DNA from: Octopus sinensis
Taxonomy: Eukaryota
Assembly: GCF_006345805.1 (NCBI RefSeq)
Contig: NC_043006.1
Span: 24,862,001-24,926,000, forward strand
Length of the DNA stretch: 64,000 nucleotides
Direction: 5' to 3'
Shown here: positions 50,970 through 64,000 of the stretch, in pieces
Layout of the letters: each line of letters begins with the position of its first letter
Numbering within the stretch: the stretch's first letter is position 1
Program-made: the position numbers and the translations under genes
Notes under the pieces: generated by a model
Database searches by the model: none
Told to the model about the DNA's origin: nothing
The model's input: only the letters and a program-made list of their open reading frames with translations

Positions 50970-51715
50970 GCTTAAATTTAATATAAGCTATGGTGTGTGT
51001 TAATTTTTAACAAATGTAAGCACATGCGACTAAAAACTCGTTTACCCTTGTTGAAGAATCTCTACAAATTCTTCATTTATCATTCTTCTTTTACATGTGC
51101 ATCGTCAGTGCTGCCCAATCTGCATTGTCATTCTTTTCAATTATACCAAGACTTTCCAGTTATTTGTTAACCTGGCCTATTTCTGCAAGTGGTACATTTC
51201 TTTTTGATTTAAATATTTGTGTTTCACTTTGTTTTACTGCAATCTTTTTGCTTCAGTTCTTCAGCCACATTTGAACCTTTGACTTAGGCAACTATATTTC
51301 TACACAAAACACTTATAGGCTTATTCCATAAATTAAGTAATTCTATCCAGTCTATGCCAAATAAATTAAGTGATTTTGTCAACACATGTATCTTTGCTTT
51401 TTTGTCTGACCTTGAAATGTTATGTTACTTATACATTCACTGATAAAATATAATCTTTTTCCTGTAACACCATGTGCTAGCTTTTTAGATTTAATTAATT
51501 TCAGCTTACCGATATGTTTCCGCCTTTTTTTGTTTATAATAGTCATGTCACTATCTGTGTCAAACTTCAATTTTACATTTGTATTTTCAATTTTCATATG
51601 TATGAATTTTCTGTTTGTTGTATTACCCTTTTTTTTTTTGATGACAAACTATTTTTCCCCCTTTTTCTGACGTTTTATCATCATCGTCTTCAGTGTGTTT
51701 ATATGTCCTATATTA

Positions 51716-51950
51716 AAGGCGGTGAGCTGGCAGACACGTTAGCGCACCGGGCGGAATGTTTAGTGGTATTTCGTCTGTCGCTACGTTCTGAGTTCAAATT
51801 CCGCCGAGGTAGACTTTGCCTTTCATCCTTTTGGGGTCGATAAATAAAAGTACCAGTTTCGCATTGGGGTTGATGTAATCGACTTAATCCCTTTGTCTGT
51901 CCTTGTTTGTCCTCTCTATGTTTAGCTCCTTGTGGGCAATAAAGAAATAT
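51716..51950 (+). mobile_element. Young OR1-like SINE with 15-bp TSD, nested in the Gypsy element
   Basis: TSD atatgtcctatatta at 51701-51715 and 51951-51965. Confidence 0.92.
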
Positions 51951-53296
51951 ATATGTCCTATATTACCACAATGAAAATACTCCACTTTTTTAAATGGGCA
52001 ATTTTTCCTCAGGTGTGTGCCACCACATGCAAAACATGGGTTTATACCCTGATGTTTGTTGTGTTTCTTAGAAACACTTTATTCAGACTATTCCACACTG
52101 GTTTTACTTAGAAACAAGCTTTACGCTCAATTTCCTCTCTGTGTCATGTCTTAATTTAAGTATCCTTTCACATTCTTCAGACACTTTTTGCAAGGTTACA
52201 TTCTGGCTTTGCCCCAGCTTTGTAAGAATTCTAGTTCTGACTTCTACATTCTTTTTGGCAGTCCCTGTGTAAAAACCAGGCATTTGAACATATCTGGAGT
52301 TAATTCATCCAGCTTAAACTTCTCGCATTCCCTGTTTGCTCAACCAGCATATGTGATGTAGTCCTTATTACTATTTTTCTGTGTTCAAACACTTCCACTG
52401 TGTGTTGAACAAGGAGCTTTTTTCACTGACAATCTTACGCAATATATCTATTGTGTCATTTAACTTTACTCCAGACAGTTTTCTTGGGAGTATAAAATTA
52501 CTGTATCGTTCATGTACTGCTGGCACCAGTTTTCTCAAGATTAAGCCAGTTTGCACCTCATCATCCCAATCTTTACATTCTTTCTCGAAGATTTGCTCAT
52601 ATCTCCTGTAGTATGCTCCAAAGGTAACTCCTTTGTCAGGTTTGTATTTGAATTCAGTTATTGAATTCGCAATGTAATCTGGCAAGAACATTTTTTCTGG
52701 TTTTCCTAATGACCTCAGTAATTGCAGCATTTGTTGCTGTAATATTAATTGTTGTTGTTGTTGCTCTTGCAGTTGTATCTGCTGTTGTTGTTGCTGTTTT
52801 TACAGCTCAAGCAAACCGGCCTATAAGTTTTCCATACTTTTATGATTTTTCGTAAAATTCGTACACCAAGTTTGTGAGTTTATCAACTTCTCTTTGATTT
52901 TCTATTAACTCCACATGAATTGGTTTATCCTCCTCACGACTGTTATAAAGCAGTCTTTTGTCATTTTTGTATCTGTTATTGTACGACAGCCGTCATTCTT
53001 ACAGATATTGTTATAGTCCGAAGTCATCGGTAGGATGTTTCTATCTGGCACTGTACGACCCCCAGTCATACAGTGTTATTATCCTCAAAAGGTTGGATCA
53101 TTATAGCAACCACTAAGTATCGCAGTATAATTACTAGATCAGTACAGACATGACTATCAATACAGTCTACACATACTCTTGTACTCTCCATACTCTCTTG
53201 ATACTGGCTAATGTCACCTTTCTTATAGTGGCTGACTCATTCCACTCGTCATGTGAGAGGGATGTACCATTATTACTAATTCCCTACAACACATTC

Positions 53297-54125
53297 TAAG
53301 TAGAGGCCATTGTATTGCACTGTCTGAAGCCACTTTTCTGTCAGTTCTTTCATCACACACGGATACCAGTTCTTGTCCTTCAAGGTAAAGAACCCCTTCA
53401 CTGAAGCTTTGCCTCTTATTGATTGATGAAGCGTCATGAGCACAGAAAGTGATTCATGGATCAGAACAAATAATAATCCTAGGAAGCTAAGTCTGGGCTG
53501 TATGCTGGCTGTAGTATCAGTTCCTGGATTTTATTCCAGTTTGTTTAAATGTTATGAGATCTTGCATTGTCTTATTGAAGAAGAGCTCACTTTCTATTAA
53601 CCAGTGCCAGGTATTTTTGCCATACAATGGCATACATTCACTCCAGCTGTTTGGAGTGCAGGTTGAGATCAATGAGTCAACCATCTGGAACAAACTTGCG
53701 GTAAGTTATCTCCCTCATAATTCCACTGGACACAGAGCGTTATCTTGTGTACAAACACCCAAGTTTGGTGACAAGTTTCAGAAGCTGGCCTTTGCTTAAA
53801 TACTGCTTATGCACATTAGGATTGCAGAAAAATATATCCCTCAGATTATTAGTTGTGTGTTATTTACTTTGTGTGTTCACAATACTTCATTAAACAAGAG
53901 GAGGTGGAAGCTTCAGTCAAGGAATTCTTCAGCTCAAAGGACAAGAACTGGTATTGGCATGGGATCGAAGAACTGGCATAAAGGTGGCTTCAGATGGTGC
54001 AACATGATTGCCTCTTCTTTGAATGCTAGGATGCTTTTGTTGTAATTTGACAAATAAAGCAAATAAGTTACCAAAATATTGCAAAACTTTTTACTCAATA
54101 CAAGATGAGTTGTTCCAAATCTCAC
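53297..54125. mobile_element. Two mariner 3'-end relics of one family in opposite orientation (53297-53760 minus; 53880-54125 plus)
   Basis: Shared gcttcagt...aaggacaagaactggtat...gtggcttcaga; LVNRK.ALLQ.DNAR and QPAYSPDLAS on the minus strand. Confidence 0.7.
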
Positions 54126-54249
54126 CCAGAGACTTCAAGTAACAGCAAGATTACTATGTGAGTTATTTATGATTAGCAATGATATATTGTAAAGAAAGGA
54201 GATCAGATTTTGAGAACTAAGATTCCCTTAATTTTGTAATATTTCCATT

Positions 54250-54760
54250 TTGAAAGAGTTTTAGAAAAATAAGTTGTTTTTTTTTATATCAGGTTGACAG
54301 TGTTTTTCTTAGGATGTGTGCCATACCTTTGAGAGTGATTCTTTTGTAGTTCTGCTATTTAGGGGTTTCCTAGTATTTGGCCATAGTTTTTAAGATTGCC
54401 ATTGGGTATTGTCCCTAAAGCACCAATGATCACAGGTCCAGCTGTTGTTCATCGATGCCACATTTTTTAAGCCTTTATTTCACAGTCCTTGTATTTACTT
54501 AAATTTTTAAATGTTTTTACTGAAGCGTTGTAATCTAATAGGACTGACATATTTATGAACAAATAAGTTTTGTCAATGTGATTTTTTTTTTACCTATTAT
54601 CATTTTTATAAACTTTTATTATCGCTATATGCCATCTGATTTGAAATATGTTTGGAGTAGTTTTATTTATGCTTTTTTTCAGTTGAAGACAGTTTGACAA
54701 CTGTGACTTCACTTCTTTTGACAACAAATAATTTCTCCAAATTAGTATCAGCCTGTAGGA
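54250..54760 (-). mobile_element. Possible R4-type LINE 3' relic
   Basis: Minus strand cctgtgatcattggtgctttagggacaatacccaa (PVIIGALGTIP) motif. Confidence 0.5.
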
Positions 54761-54840
54761 AACACACACATATATAATGCTACATGAGAAACATAGGCAA
54801 CAAGTTTATGAAATCAGTGGAATAAGGAAATTGTAGTTGT

Positions 54841-55180
54841 GATCCCTGTGCCAGTGGCACGTGAAAAGCACCATCCAAACATGGCCGATGCCAGCGCTGC
54901 CTTGACTGGCTTCTGTGCCGGTGGCACGTGAAAAGCACCAACCCGGTCATGGCTGCTGCCAGCCTCGCCTGGCACCTGTGCCAGTAGCATGTAAAAAGCA
55001 CCCACTACACTCACGGAGTGGTTGGCGTTAGGAAGGGCGGCATCCAGCTGTAGAAACACTGCCAGATCAGACTGGAGTCTGGTGCAGCCTTCCGGCTTCC
55101 CAGATCCCGGTCGAACCGTCCAACCCATGCTAGCATGGAGAACAGACGTTAAACGATGATGATGATGATGATGATGATGA
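54841..55180 (+). mobile_element. RTE 3' UTR fragment with (GAT)n tail
   Basis: gagtggttggcgttaggaagggc...ccaacccatgctagcatgg...(gat)n, as at the end of the 59790-63108 LINE. Confidence 0.88.
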
Positions 55181-55585
55181 AGGAAATAATTGAAGCATGC
55201 ATAATCATTTGAAACACTTAGTTAAAAATGAGAACTGGCCATTAAAGGCATCACTTGAGTATCCAGAGAGTGAATAGATGATGTTTGATTAATAAAAAAA
55301 AAATGTCTGGTGTTGACATTGTGAGGTACCTGTAGAGGAAAGTCAAGAAGTGATGGGAAAAGGTCTGAAGGTGGTTGACTTCATAGATCATATGATCTAA
55401 TATTAAGTTGAATAGAGGGACATGTTGTAGTGTTGACCTGTCTAATTCAAAATGCCTTATGAATTATTAATTGCCATATTTCATATTTCATTATGCATAT
55501 TTCATTATGCAACCATAATATACTACCAGGTATATTAAAGGCTTATCAGTCAATACTGTGCCTCACCTGTGTTAGCAGTGCTATT

Positions 55586-55990
55586 AAATCAATTTTTAAA
55601 GTTATCTCTTCAGATTTTCTATAGAAATTAGATCCAGCACTGATTTGTTACAACGATTCATATACGAATATGCTTAATGTAAACAATGCAGTTGAAGATA
55701 GCATAACAAAATATGGTGTTCTTACCAGAAATTAATATGCATGTACCAGTTGCCTGGAATGTGCTTATTATGTAAAACTGTTGTATCCAATAATGTTACA
55801 CTGCTATGTTTGGTAGCTATTTTAGCAATGTGTTCATAGATGGTTAATGTGGTTGGATGTGGTGCTAAAGAAGGAGCAAGGACTCCTGAAATGTGGCATT
55901 GACTTATTTGTATACGAGACATTGTAATAAATCAGTGCTGACTCTAATTTCTATAGAAAATGTGTAGAGATAACTTTAAAAAGTGACTTA
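55586..55990. mobile_element. MITE-like foldback with ~70-bp inverted arms
   Basis: tttttaaagttatctct..attttctatagaaattaga..cagcactgattt is inverted at 55920-55990. Confidence 0.8.
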
Positions 55991-56478
55991 TGAATTATGT
56001 TTATTATCATTAACTTTATAGAATTTTTTTTATTCAAGTTGTATCCCCAAGAAACATTTTCTAAAGTTATGCAATAATTTTGCATGCAACTGTATCATTA
56101 AAAAATGCCTTGTTTAAGATCTAGACATGACGTAAATTTTCCTTTCCTATGATCAACTACTATTTAATTTAATAACTAAGTTACTAGAATTAATTTAAAT
56201 TTCATTTTTACAGTCATTTCACCTTTGAAAGGCATAAATGTCATGCATTTTAATTCTTTTCTTTATAATTTATGTTCTACTTACAAAGTCAATTTAATGA
56301 ACTTGTATTTTAATAGTGCTGCATATAACAGCTTTTAGGTCCTTATCTTTTCCAAAATAAGAATCAATGAGTTTTAAAGAAAATCCCATATATGAAATGA
56401 TATCATTAATCATTTGGCTTGGTTTGTTAAACCAGATCATTTGTTTTTATACTTCATTTTGAGTGTAATTAGTTGCAG

Positions 56479-56564
56479 GAAAACTGTTGTAAGAATCTGT
56501 CTACTACGACTACCTAACTGCTACCAAGTAGAGACTGTTAAAACCTGTTACGTATCTGCCTCAG
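56479..56564 (+). CDS. Candidate coding exon of plus-strand gene (KTVVRICLLRLPNCYQVETVKTCYVSAS)
   Basis: Acceptor ttagttgcag, strong donor CAG|gtaagc, one open frame (86 nt). Confidence 0.45.
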
Positions 56565-58312
56565 GTAAGCAAGCCATAACACTTGGGTTATTTTAAGAGT
56601 CCTCTAGGTAAATGCTAATATGAGTGGCAAGTAAAAACTAGGTATATTTGTAACTTACTTGGTGTAGTGGTTGGATACATGCTTATCAACTTGTGCTTGC
56701 TGTCTGTTCTTTAGTTTTTATTATAGTAATTCTGTTACACTTTAGCCATTTTCTTCATTCAAGTCAATATGATAGTTACAATTTAACTGGATACACTAAT
56801 AGTTAATCCCATGTACATACTTGTTTTTACTGGTTTGTGTGATTGAGGAACTCAAAAAGATTGTTTTGGCATTACAGTTGGACAGTTACCTTCTAATATT
56901 TCTTTAATAGTAACTTCTGAACTTATTTTCTATAGTTCATTTAGTTTTTATGTTCACATCTAATTTTGTAAGTACATTCTTATAATTTCTTCCGTTTGCT
57001 TCCTTCCTTAATTTTGTGTGCATTTACTTTTTATTTGCTTTTGTTCTGTGTTATTTTAAACATGAAATATAGTTAAAACATCAATATGAGTAAAATATTC
57101 ACCAGTAATAATTAAAGTTTAAAGGATATCCTCTCTCAACACATACTTTTATTGTCCCAGTTTTAAAACAAATTCTCACTTTTTCCAAGAAAGACTGTTT
57201 ATGAAAGCTACGAACATATTTTTATCAGTAGGCCATGAGTTGATTGTTCTCTACAGAGATAGTCCACCAATTTTTTGGTGCTGAAGTACTGCAATAACAT
57301 TCTTGCTGCTCTGTTGCTAGCGACAGCTAAGTTTACATAATTTATTTTAAGATTACACTCAAAGCAGCATATTACTTTTAATTACTGTTTTATCCAAGCA
57401 TAACTTGATATTCCTCTGTTTCTTTCAAAATTAATATTAAATTAATATTTATGATATAGGGCATTCCCTAAGTCTTAGTTTTCTTCATTATTTTATCATA
57501 TCTGATAGCTTTCAGCATCAGGCTGTTTGTGATGACATTTTTAAGGGAATTGCTCACAAATGTTGATTGCAAGAGATTAATAATCTTATACGTAAATATT
57601 TTTCATAAAAATACTGAAATTATTTGCCATGTATTCAAATATTCCTGTGAATAAGATCTCCTAACATGAGTAAATGATTTTTTATCTTTAATGATCCAGT
57701 TAAAGAAGACTTTCTCAAATTACTTTTGAAATTTTATATAGTAGATAGAATGTTTTTTTTATCTCCTTTTCACAATTAACTCAGTTTATTGCGGATTAAT
57801 CCTATTTTGCTTATAATTTTTCAATATTTTACTGTGATATATCATTATACATGATTTCATCAAAATCATTAAACTAAATATTTCTACTATGTCTGAGATA
57901 TTAAAAGCTTGGATTCTGAATTTATAAATGAACTGTAATTAATTTAGATTGGCCATATTTGGCACCATAATCAATGAAAATCAGACACAAATGTTGCTGT
58001 CTATTCTTCATAATCAGTGTACATATTGTTTTAGTAGTTGTTACAATTTTGTAATACAAGAACATGAAATTATTTGGCAAACTCTTTGTGTCATATCTGA
58101 GTTACCCGTTCAGTTGGCCTTATTGTAGATGGCACTCATCGACATCATTGAACATGGCTTTAAACTTGAATATGTAATCATGTTTACCATACATATGGTG
58201 TGTGCGTTTGTGTGTGTGCACGTGCGCGTATGTGTGTATAGTTAGCTGTGTTCTATTTCCACAATATGCTTAAAGAGATTTGCTTGCATTTACTTAATCC
58301 TTGTTTTGCTTC

Positions 58313-58350
<38 letters not shown>

Positions 58351-58819
58351 GAACCAATTTATTTAGCTTACATCTGTTTTAAACAGTTTAGCACAATGCA
58401 GCTGTGGCACATTGATGATGATGTTGATGTCCAATATTTTAAACCCAAGTTTGTCCCCATTAACAAGGGTGGCCAGATCTACCTCACTCTTACAGCAACT
58501 GCTCTCACACCATCTCACCCGGTTTTGGACGTCCTCCTTAGCTTATGCTCATGGTTGATCAGTACAAGCAGTTCCACTGTTACCAAAATTCAGAAATTTG
58601 TCTGATGGGTTAAACTTTATTTGACCACCGGACAATATTCACCAGCAACAACTGGAAGTGTAAAAAAACTATTAAAAAGATTACTCAACAATTACCCAGA
58701 TATCAAATTGTGAAGATATTTCTGATGTTTGTTGTGGGGGAGTAGTGTGGTCAGAAGTAGGGTAGCATAAATCACCTCCCAGCTACCAGACCTACTTTGT
58801 CACCCTAGAGTGTGTAGGA

Positions 58820-59410
58820 GGTGGAGGTGTATGGCTTAGTGGTTAGGGTGTCGGCTTATGATTGTAAGTTCCTGAGTTCAATTCACAGCAATGTGTTGTG
58901 CCCTTAAGCAAGACACTTTATTTCACATTACTCCAGTCCACTCAGCTGTCAAAAATGAGTTATACCTGTATTTCAAAGGACCAGCCTTTCTGTGTCATGC
59001 TGAATCTTCCTGAGAACTACAATAAGGGTACACACATTAGTGGAGTGCTCAACCACTTGCATGTTCCATTGATTGGATCAAGTGGGATGTAACAGATGGA
59101 ATGCCAGTTTAGTTTGTGAAGGCACATGACTCAGTGGTTAGGATATTCAACTCACAGTAGTAAGGTCATGAGTTCAAAAACTGGTGGTGCATTGTGTCCA
59201 TGAGCAAGACGCTTTATTTCACATTGCTCCAGTCTACTCAGCTGGCAAAAACGAATAGTATCTGTATTTCAAAGGGCCAACCTTGTCAGACTCTGTGTCA
59301 TGCTGAATTTCCTCTGAGAACATTAAGGATACATGTGTTTGTGGAGTGCTTAGCCACTTGCACGTAAATTTCATGAGTAGGGGGTTCCATTGATCAGCTC
59401 AACTGGAGGC
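58820..59410 (+). mobile_element. Two adjacent diverged CORE-type tRNA SINEs
   Basis: tagtggttagg A-box, gagttcaa B-box and gagcaagac(a/g)ctttatttcac CORE-like segment in both copies. Confidence 0.75.
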
Positions 59411-59614
59411 ACCTAATAGGGGTAGTATTGCTCTAGAAATTAAAGCAGAACTTATTAATTTAGAGTTTAATTAAAGAGTGGTTAGGAGAATTATAAACTA
59501 TGTAAGTTATAACAGATATGGCTAAGTTAATAAATAAAATGTATAGATGGAAAAATAATTAGTGATACATAGGTATAAATATATCCATATATATACCCCA
59601 CTATATATACATAC

Positions 59615-59645
<31 letters not shown>

Positions 59646-59658
59646 CATGCACACATGC

Positions 59659-59742
<84 letters not shown>

Positions 59743-59789
59743 TCATATATATGCACAGAAACACACACACACATATGGGGGGGGGTGTA

Positions 59790-62700
59790 TGTCTATGTAG
59801 GCATATCGAATGGTAGGTCTAGTGAGATTGTTGAGATGCTTGAACAGAGACATGTTGATGTATGTTGCATCCAAGCGCTAAGGTGGAGAAGAGCTTCAGC
59901 AAGGTTCCTAACAGGTAAGACACATAGGTATAAAATCTTCTGGAAAGGTAACAGTGATAGGGTAGGTGACATGGACATACTTCTTGCAGAGAAATGGGTG
60001 GATAAGGTCATAGTGGTAGCCAGAATGGGTGATAGAGTGCTTAAGCTTAGGATAGTCTTACAGAACAGTACAGTGACAATTATCTCTGCCTAAGCCCCTC
60101 AAGTGGGCCTACCAAATTTGCAGAAGGACTACTTTTATGACATTCTTCTGCAGGCTACCTCAAAGACAAGTGACAATGATCTCTTCTTCATGGTTGGGGA
60201 TTTCAATGGGCATGTCGAACGGCAGTCTAGTATCTTCCATGGTGTGCATGGGGGCAATGGATTAGGCTCCTGAAACAAAGAGGGAACAAGGTTACTAGAA
60301 TTGAGGGATGCAAGTAACCTTTTGATCTGCAACATGAACTTCAAGAAACCAACCAGTCACCTGATAACCTACCAAGCAGGTATCTGTGCTAGCCAGATCA
60401 ATTACATTCTCACCAAACAGCATGATGCATGGTTGCTTCTAAATACAAAGACCCTCCTGGTGAAGAATGTACCTCACCAGCATAGACTAGTAATTAGTGA
60501 CTTTAGATTCTTGGCCTGAAGGACACAAAAAAGTAAACCAATCTGGAAAAGAAGGATTTGGAAGTTTAAGGACCCTTCATATAGTCAGAGATTTAGGGAC
60601 ATCTTAATTGAGAAAATCGATGAAAGGGAGGAGCTACAGACGAGTGACATAGAGAGCAACTGGGAATTCCAGGACAGCTTGCTGAGTGCTACAGACCAAA
60701 TCTATGGCTGGTGCAAAGTCCCGTCCAGACCTAGGGTAGCATGGTGGTGGAATGATGCAAGAGACAGGGCCATTAGAGCTAAGAAACAGGCCTGGATTAA
60801 TAGGGATAACAGGGTATTGTATCAGATTGCCAGAAGGAATGCTAGGAGACAAGTATATCTAGCCAAGGGAGAAGCAGACATGAGGACCAAAGTGTTTCAG
60901 ATTGCAAGACAGTGTGTGAGAGAAAATTGTGATATCATAGGAAAGAAATGTTTCTGTATGGATGATGGTGCACTTGCATGTAATGATTCTGCAAAGAAAG
61001 AGGCATGGAAGTGCCATTATGAAAGACTGATGAATGTAGAGAATGAGTGAGAGGAGGAGAGCCTGCCAAATGTTGACCCAATTGAGGGACCAGCTACCCA
61101 AATTGACAGTTACATGGTAGATAAAGCAATTAAGGATATGAAGATAGGAAAAAACCCCGGCCCATCAGGAATCTCTACTAAGATGCTTAAATATCTGGTG
61201 GTGTGGGTTATGGTGTAGTTACCTATATTGTAAATCAGGTGGCTCACGAAGGAGTCATATCCAATGACTGGTGTAGCAGATTCATAGTCAATTGCTACAA
61301 AAGTAAAGGTGGTGCCTTAGATAGAAATAATTGCTGGATCAGGTGATGAAAATAATGGAGAGAGTCATAGGGAGAGGGTGAGATAAGATGCACCACTGAT
61401 GCTATATTTCTGGTGAGGCAGCTGCAGGAGAAATACTTAGGCAAAGATAAACCTCTGTACTTGGCTTTTGTTGACTTGGAAAAAGCCTTTGACAGTGTCC
61501 CCTGATCCATTATCTGGTGGTCAATGCAGAAACTAGGGATAGATGAGGGGTTGGTGAGAACTGTACAAGCTAAGTACAGGAATACTACCAATAAGGTGAG
61601 GGTTGGCAATGAGTACAGCAAAGAATTCAGAGTACAAGTTGGGGTTCACCAAGGATTGTGCTCAGCACCCACCTTGTTCATCATAGTCCTCCAGGCAATA
61701 AGAGAGGAATTCAAGACAGGCTACCCCTGGGAGCTCCTCTATGCTGATGACCTTGCTCTTATAGCTGAATCATTACCTCAACTAGAGAAGTTCCAGGTAT
61801 GGAAGTAAGGTCTAGAATCAAAGGGCCTTAGAGTTAATCTAGCAAAAATCAAAGTCTTAGTAAGTAGGAAAGCACACAAATCACAAATCCCTTCAGGTAG
61901 ACGACCCTGCTCAATCTGGAGAAAAGGTGTATGTAGAAACTCCATGAGATGCACCCAGTGTAAGCTTTGAACACATAAAAGGTTCAGCAATATCAGAGAA
62001 AGATTAACAAGGAAACTAGCTTTTGTATGTGATAGATGTACAGGTACAATAAGTGCCAAAAATGGGCAGAGGATAGACTCCACCAACTGCCAGGAGGGCA
62101 AGCTAGAGGTAGTAGCTTCTGTTATCTAGGTGACCAAGTAGGTAGTGGAGGAGGATGCTCTGAGAGCACAGCTGTGAGAATAGGATTAGGATGGACAAAG
62201 TTCAAATAACTCTTACACCTGTTGGAAACATAGGGGCTCTCTCTCAGAGTGAAAGGCAGATTGTATGATGTCTATGTGTAAACAGCTATGCTGCATGGCA
62301 GTGAAACATGGGCTTTGACAGCTGAGGACATGTGTAGGCTTGAAAGAAATGAAGCCAGCATGCTTCACTGGATGTGCAATGTCAGTGTGCATGTTCGACA
62401 GAATGTATGCATCTTGAGCAAAAAGTTAGGCATAAGAGGCATCGGATGTGGTGTGCAAGAAAGACGACTGCACTGGTATGGTCATGTGATGCATATGGAT
62501 GAGGACACTTGTGTAAAGAAATGCCAGTCTCTAACTATGGATGGAACCTGTAGTAGAGGTAGATCCAGGAAGACATGGAGCAAAGTGGTGAAGCATGATC
62601 TTCAAACTTTGAGCCTCACAGAGGTATCGACTAGTGACCAAGACCTCTGGTGATGTGCTGTGCTTGAAAGGACCTCTCAAGCCAAGTGCAACCATGCTGG

Positions 62701-63108
62701 TGGCATGTAAAGAACACCTTTCGAGTGTTGTGCCTCATGGAAGCAAAGTAGCTAAGTTTCTTTCAAGTGTTGAGACTCACAGAGGCAAAGTGGCTGAGTC
62801 CTTTCCGAGTGTTGGGCCTGATAAAAGCAATGACCAAGACCTTTGGCATTATGCCATGCTTGAGAAGAAGACCCATTAAGTCAAGCAAAATTGCAGTCAT
62901 GGCAGATACCAGTGTCACGCAAATTGGCACATAAAAGTACCCCCTGTGCCCATTACACTCTTAGAGTGGTTGTTGTTAGGAAGGGCATCCAGGTATAGAA
63001 AACCATGCCGAATTAGACAAGGTGCAGCTTTCCAGCGTGCCAGCCCATTCAAACCATCCAACCCATGGACAAAGGATGTTAGATAATGATGATGATGATG
63101 ATGATGAT
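59790..63108 (+). mobile_element. Near full-length RTE-clade LINE (APE + RT + 3' UTR + (GAT)n), inactivated
   Basis: DVCCIQ.LRW, GDFNGH, SQINYIL, DLEKAFD, LLYADDL, LHGSETW, WYGHV motifs with many stops and frameshifts. Confidence 0.95.
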
Positions 63109-63150
63109 ATATATATCTATAAATATATATATATATCTATAAATATATAT

Positions 63151-63202
<52 letters not shown>

Positions 63203-63759
63203 ATATATATAAAGTCCTATGAGGTAGACTGGGGGTGAGTATTAGTAAGGTGAATAAATAATGTAATCATAAATATATATATATATATATGTGTGTGTAT
63301 GTGTGTGTGGTGTATGTGTGTGTGTGTGTGTGTGTACGTGTACAGGCATACCTCACCCTACATCGTTAATTGGTTCCAGGAGATGCAACTTAAGTTGAAT
63401 TAAGTTATCTCTAGGCTAGGCCGAATTTACTTGTCTCTAGGCTAAACCGATAATAATCATTCTGAGTTCTGTACTTTATTTATGAATGTATTTTCAATAA
63501 TACATGGTTAATAAAAACCTATGTTAAGCTTACAAACAAGTAATTTTTATTTTTTAATACAGTACAGTAAAAAAAGAAGTAATTTAAATTTATGAATACA
63601 ATTTAGTGGTGTTTACTGTACTTAGTGTTTACCTTATTTATGAATGCAGTTTGCAATAAGACATGGTAAAATAAAAACCTTTTATAAGCTTAAGAAACAA
63701 ATTCATAATTATTAGAAATATTGAATTTCTAAATGTCTCAGAGAGACATGAGTGGTGGT

Positions 63760-64000
63760 GGAGTGATATAGTGGTCGTATACTGTCAACTCAATGTGACA
63801 ATCCCGTAAGGGAACTACACCACCGCCATTTAGCGCTAGGAAACATCGACGTCTCCTGTCGGCTTTGACACATTTTCTGTGTCCTTATATTTGCAAAGGG
63901 GAAGCAATCAACCCCTGCCAGATGGGACTAGCACCTGAAGACATATGTTTCTGAGTCTATTGCTCGTTGTCAGTCCAGAGTAGTCAGTGTCGCTCGCTGA
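63760..64000. mobile_element. Start of a GC-richer, possibly LTR-like element cut by the window edge
   Basis: Abrupt composition change with CpGs; only one end visible. Confidence 0.3.

Larger units (their letters stand above)
50252..53291 (-). mobile_element. Internally deleted Gypsy-type LTR retrotransposon (LTRs 50252-50578 and 52941-53291; gag 52371-52730; protease relic 51379-51597)
   Basis: TG...CA LTR pair, 5-bp TSD CATTC (50247-50251 / 53292-53296), PPT aaaggggaga, gag ITEFKYKPDKGVTFGAYYRRYEQIF, protease VKLKFDTDSD. Confidence 0.92.

Noticed and set aside
58306-58605. 99-codon ORF with a plausible acceptor at 58396
   Set aside because: No recognisable domain and two frames are long-open; it could be a terminal exon or a TE relic, but the evidence is insufficient.

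Overview
AT-rich, repeat-dominated eukaryotic DNA, most consistent with an octopus/coleoid cephalopod genome (octopus-type tRNA-derived SINEs, RTE LINEs with (GAT)n tails, very long (TA)n tracts). There are no prokaryotic features, CRISPR arrays, rRNA genes or true tRNA genes. Most of the window is decayed mobile DNA: many Penelope-like elements (PLE; RT + GIY-YIG), RTE LINEs, R4/NeSL-type and Tx1/L1-type LINE fragments, three mariner relics, an internally deleted Gypsy element with both LTRs and a 5-bp TSD, a solo LTR, SINEs, MITE-like foldbacks and microsatellites. Short GT-AG exons suggest one unidentified minus-strand gene (best exon 10556-10708) and one plus-strand gene (best exon 39326-39433) with large TE-filled introns. 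The main observation is an inverted, diverged copy of the 153-nt minus-strand exon lying about 500-650 nt into its own downstream intron. It should fold back on the exon as an editing-complementary sequence, with A-C mismatches at non-synonymous adenosines. The window also holds several PLE-associated hammerhead ribozyme motifs (two near intact, one tandem retrozyme-like pair), a Tx1-like LINE sitting in a GATA/TAGG microsatellite whose 3' end is shared with the local SINE family, and an element family carrying degenerate telomeric repeats. All calls were made by eye with no database search. Element boundaries are approximate unless a TIR, TSD or splice site is given.
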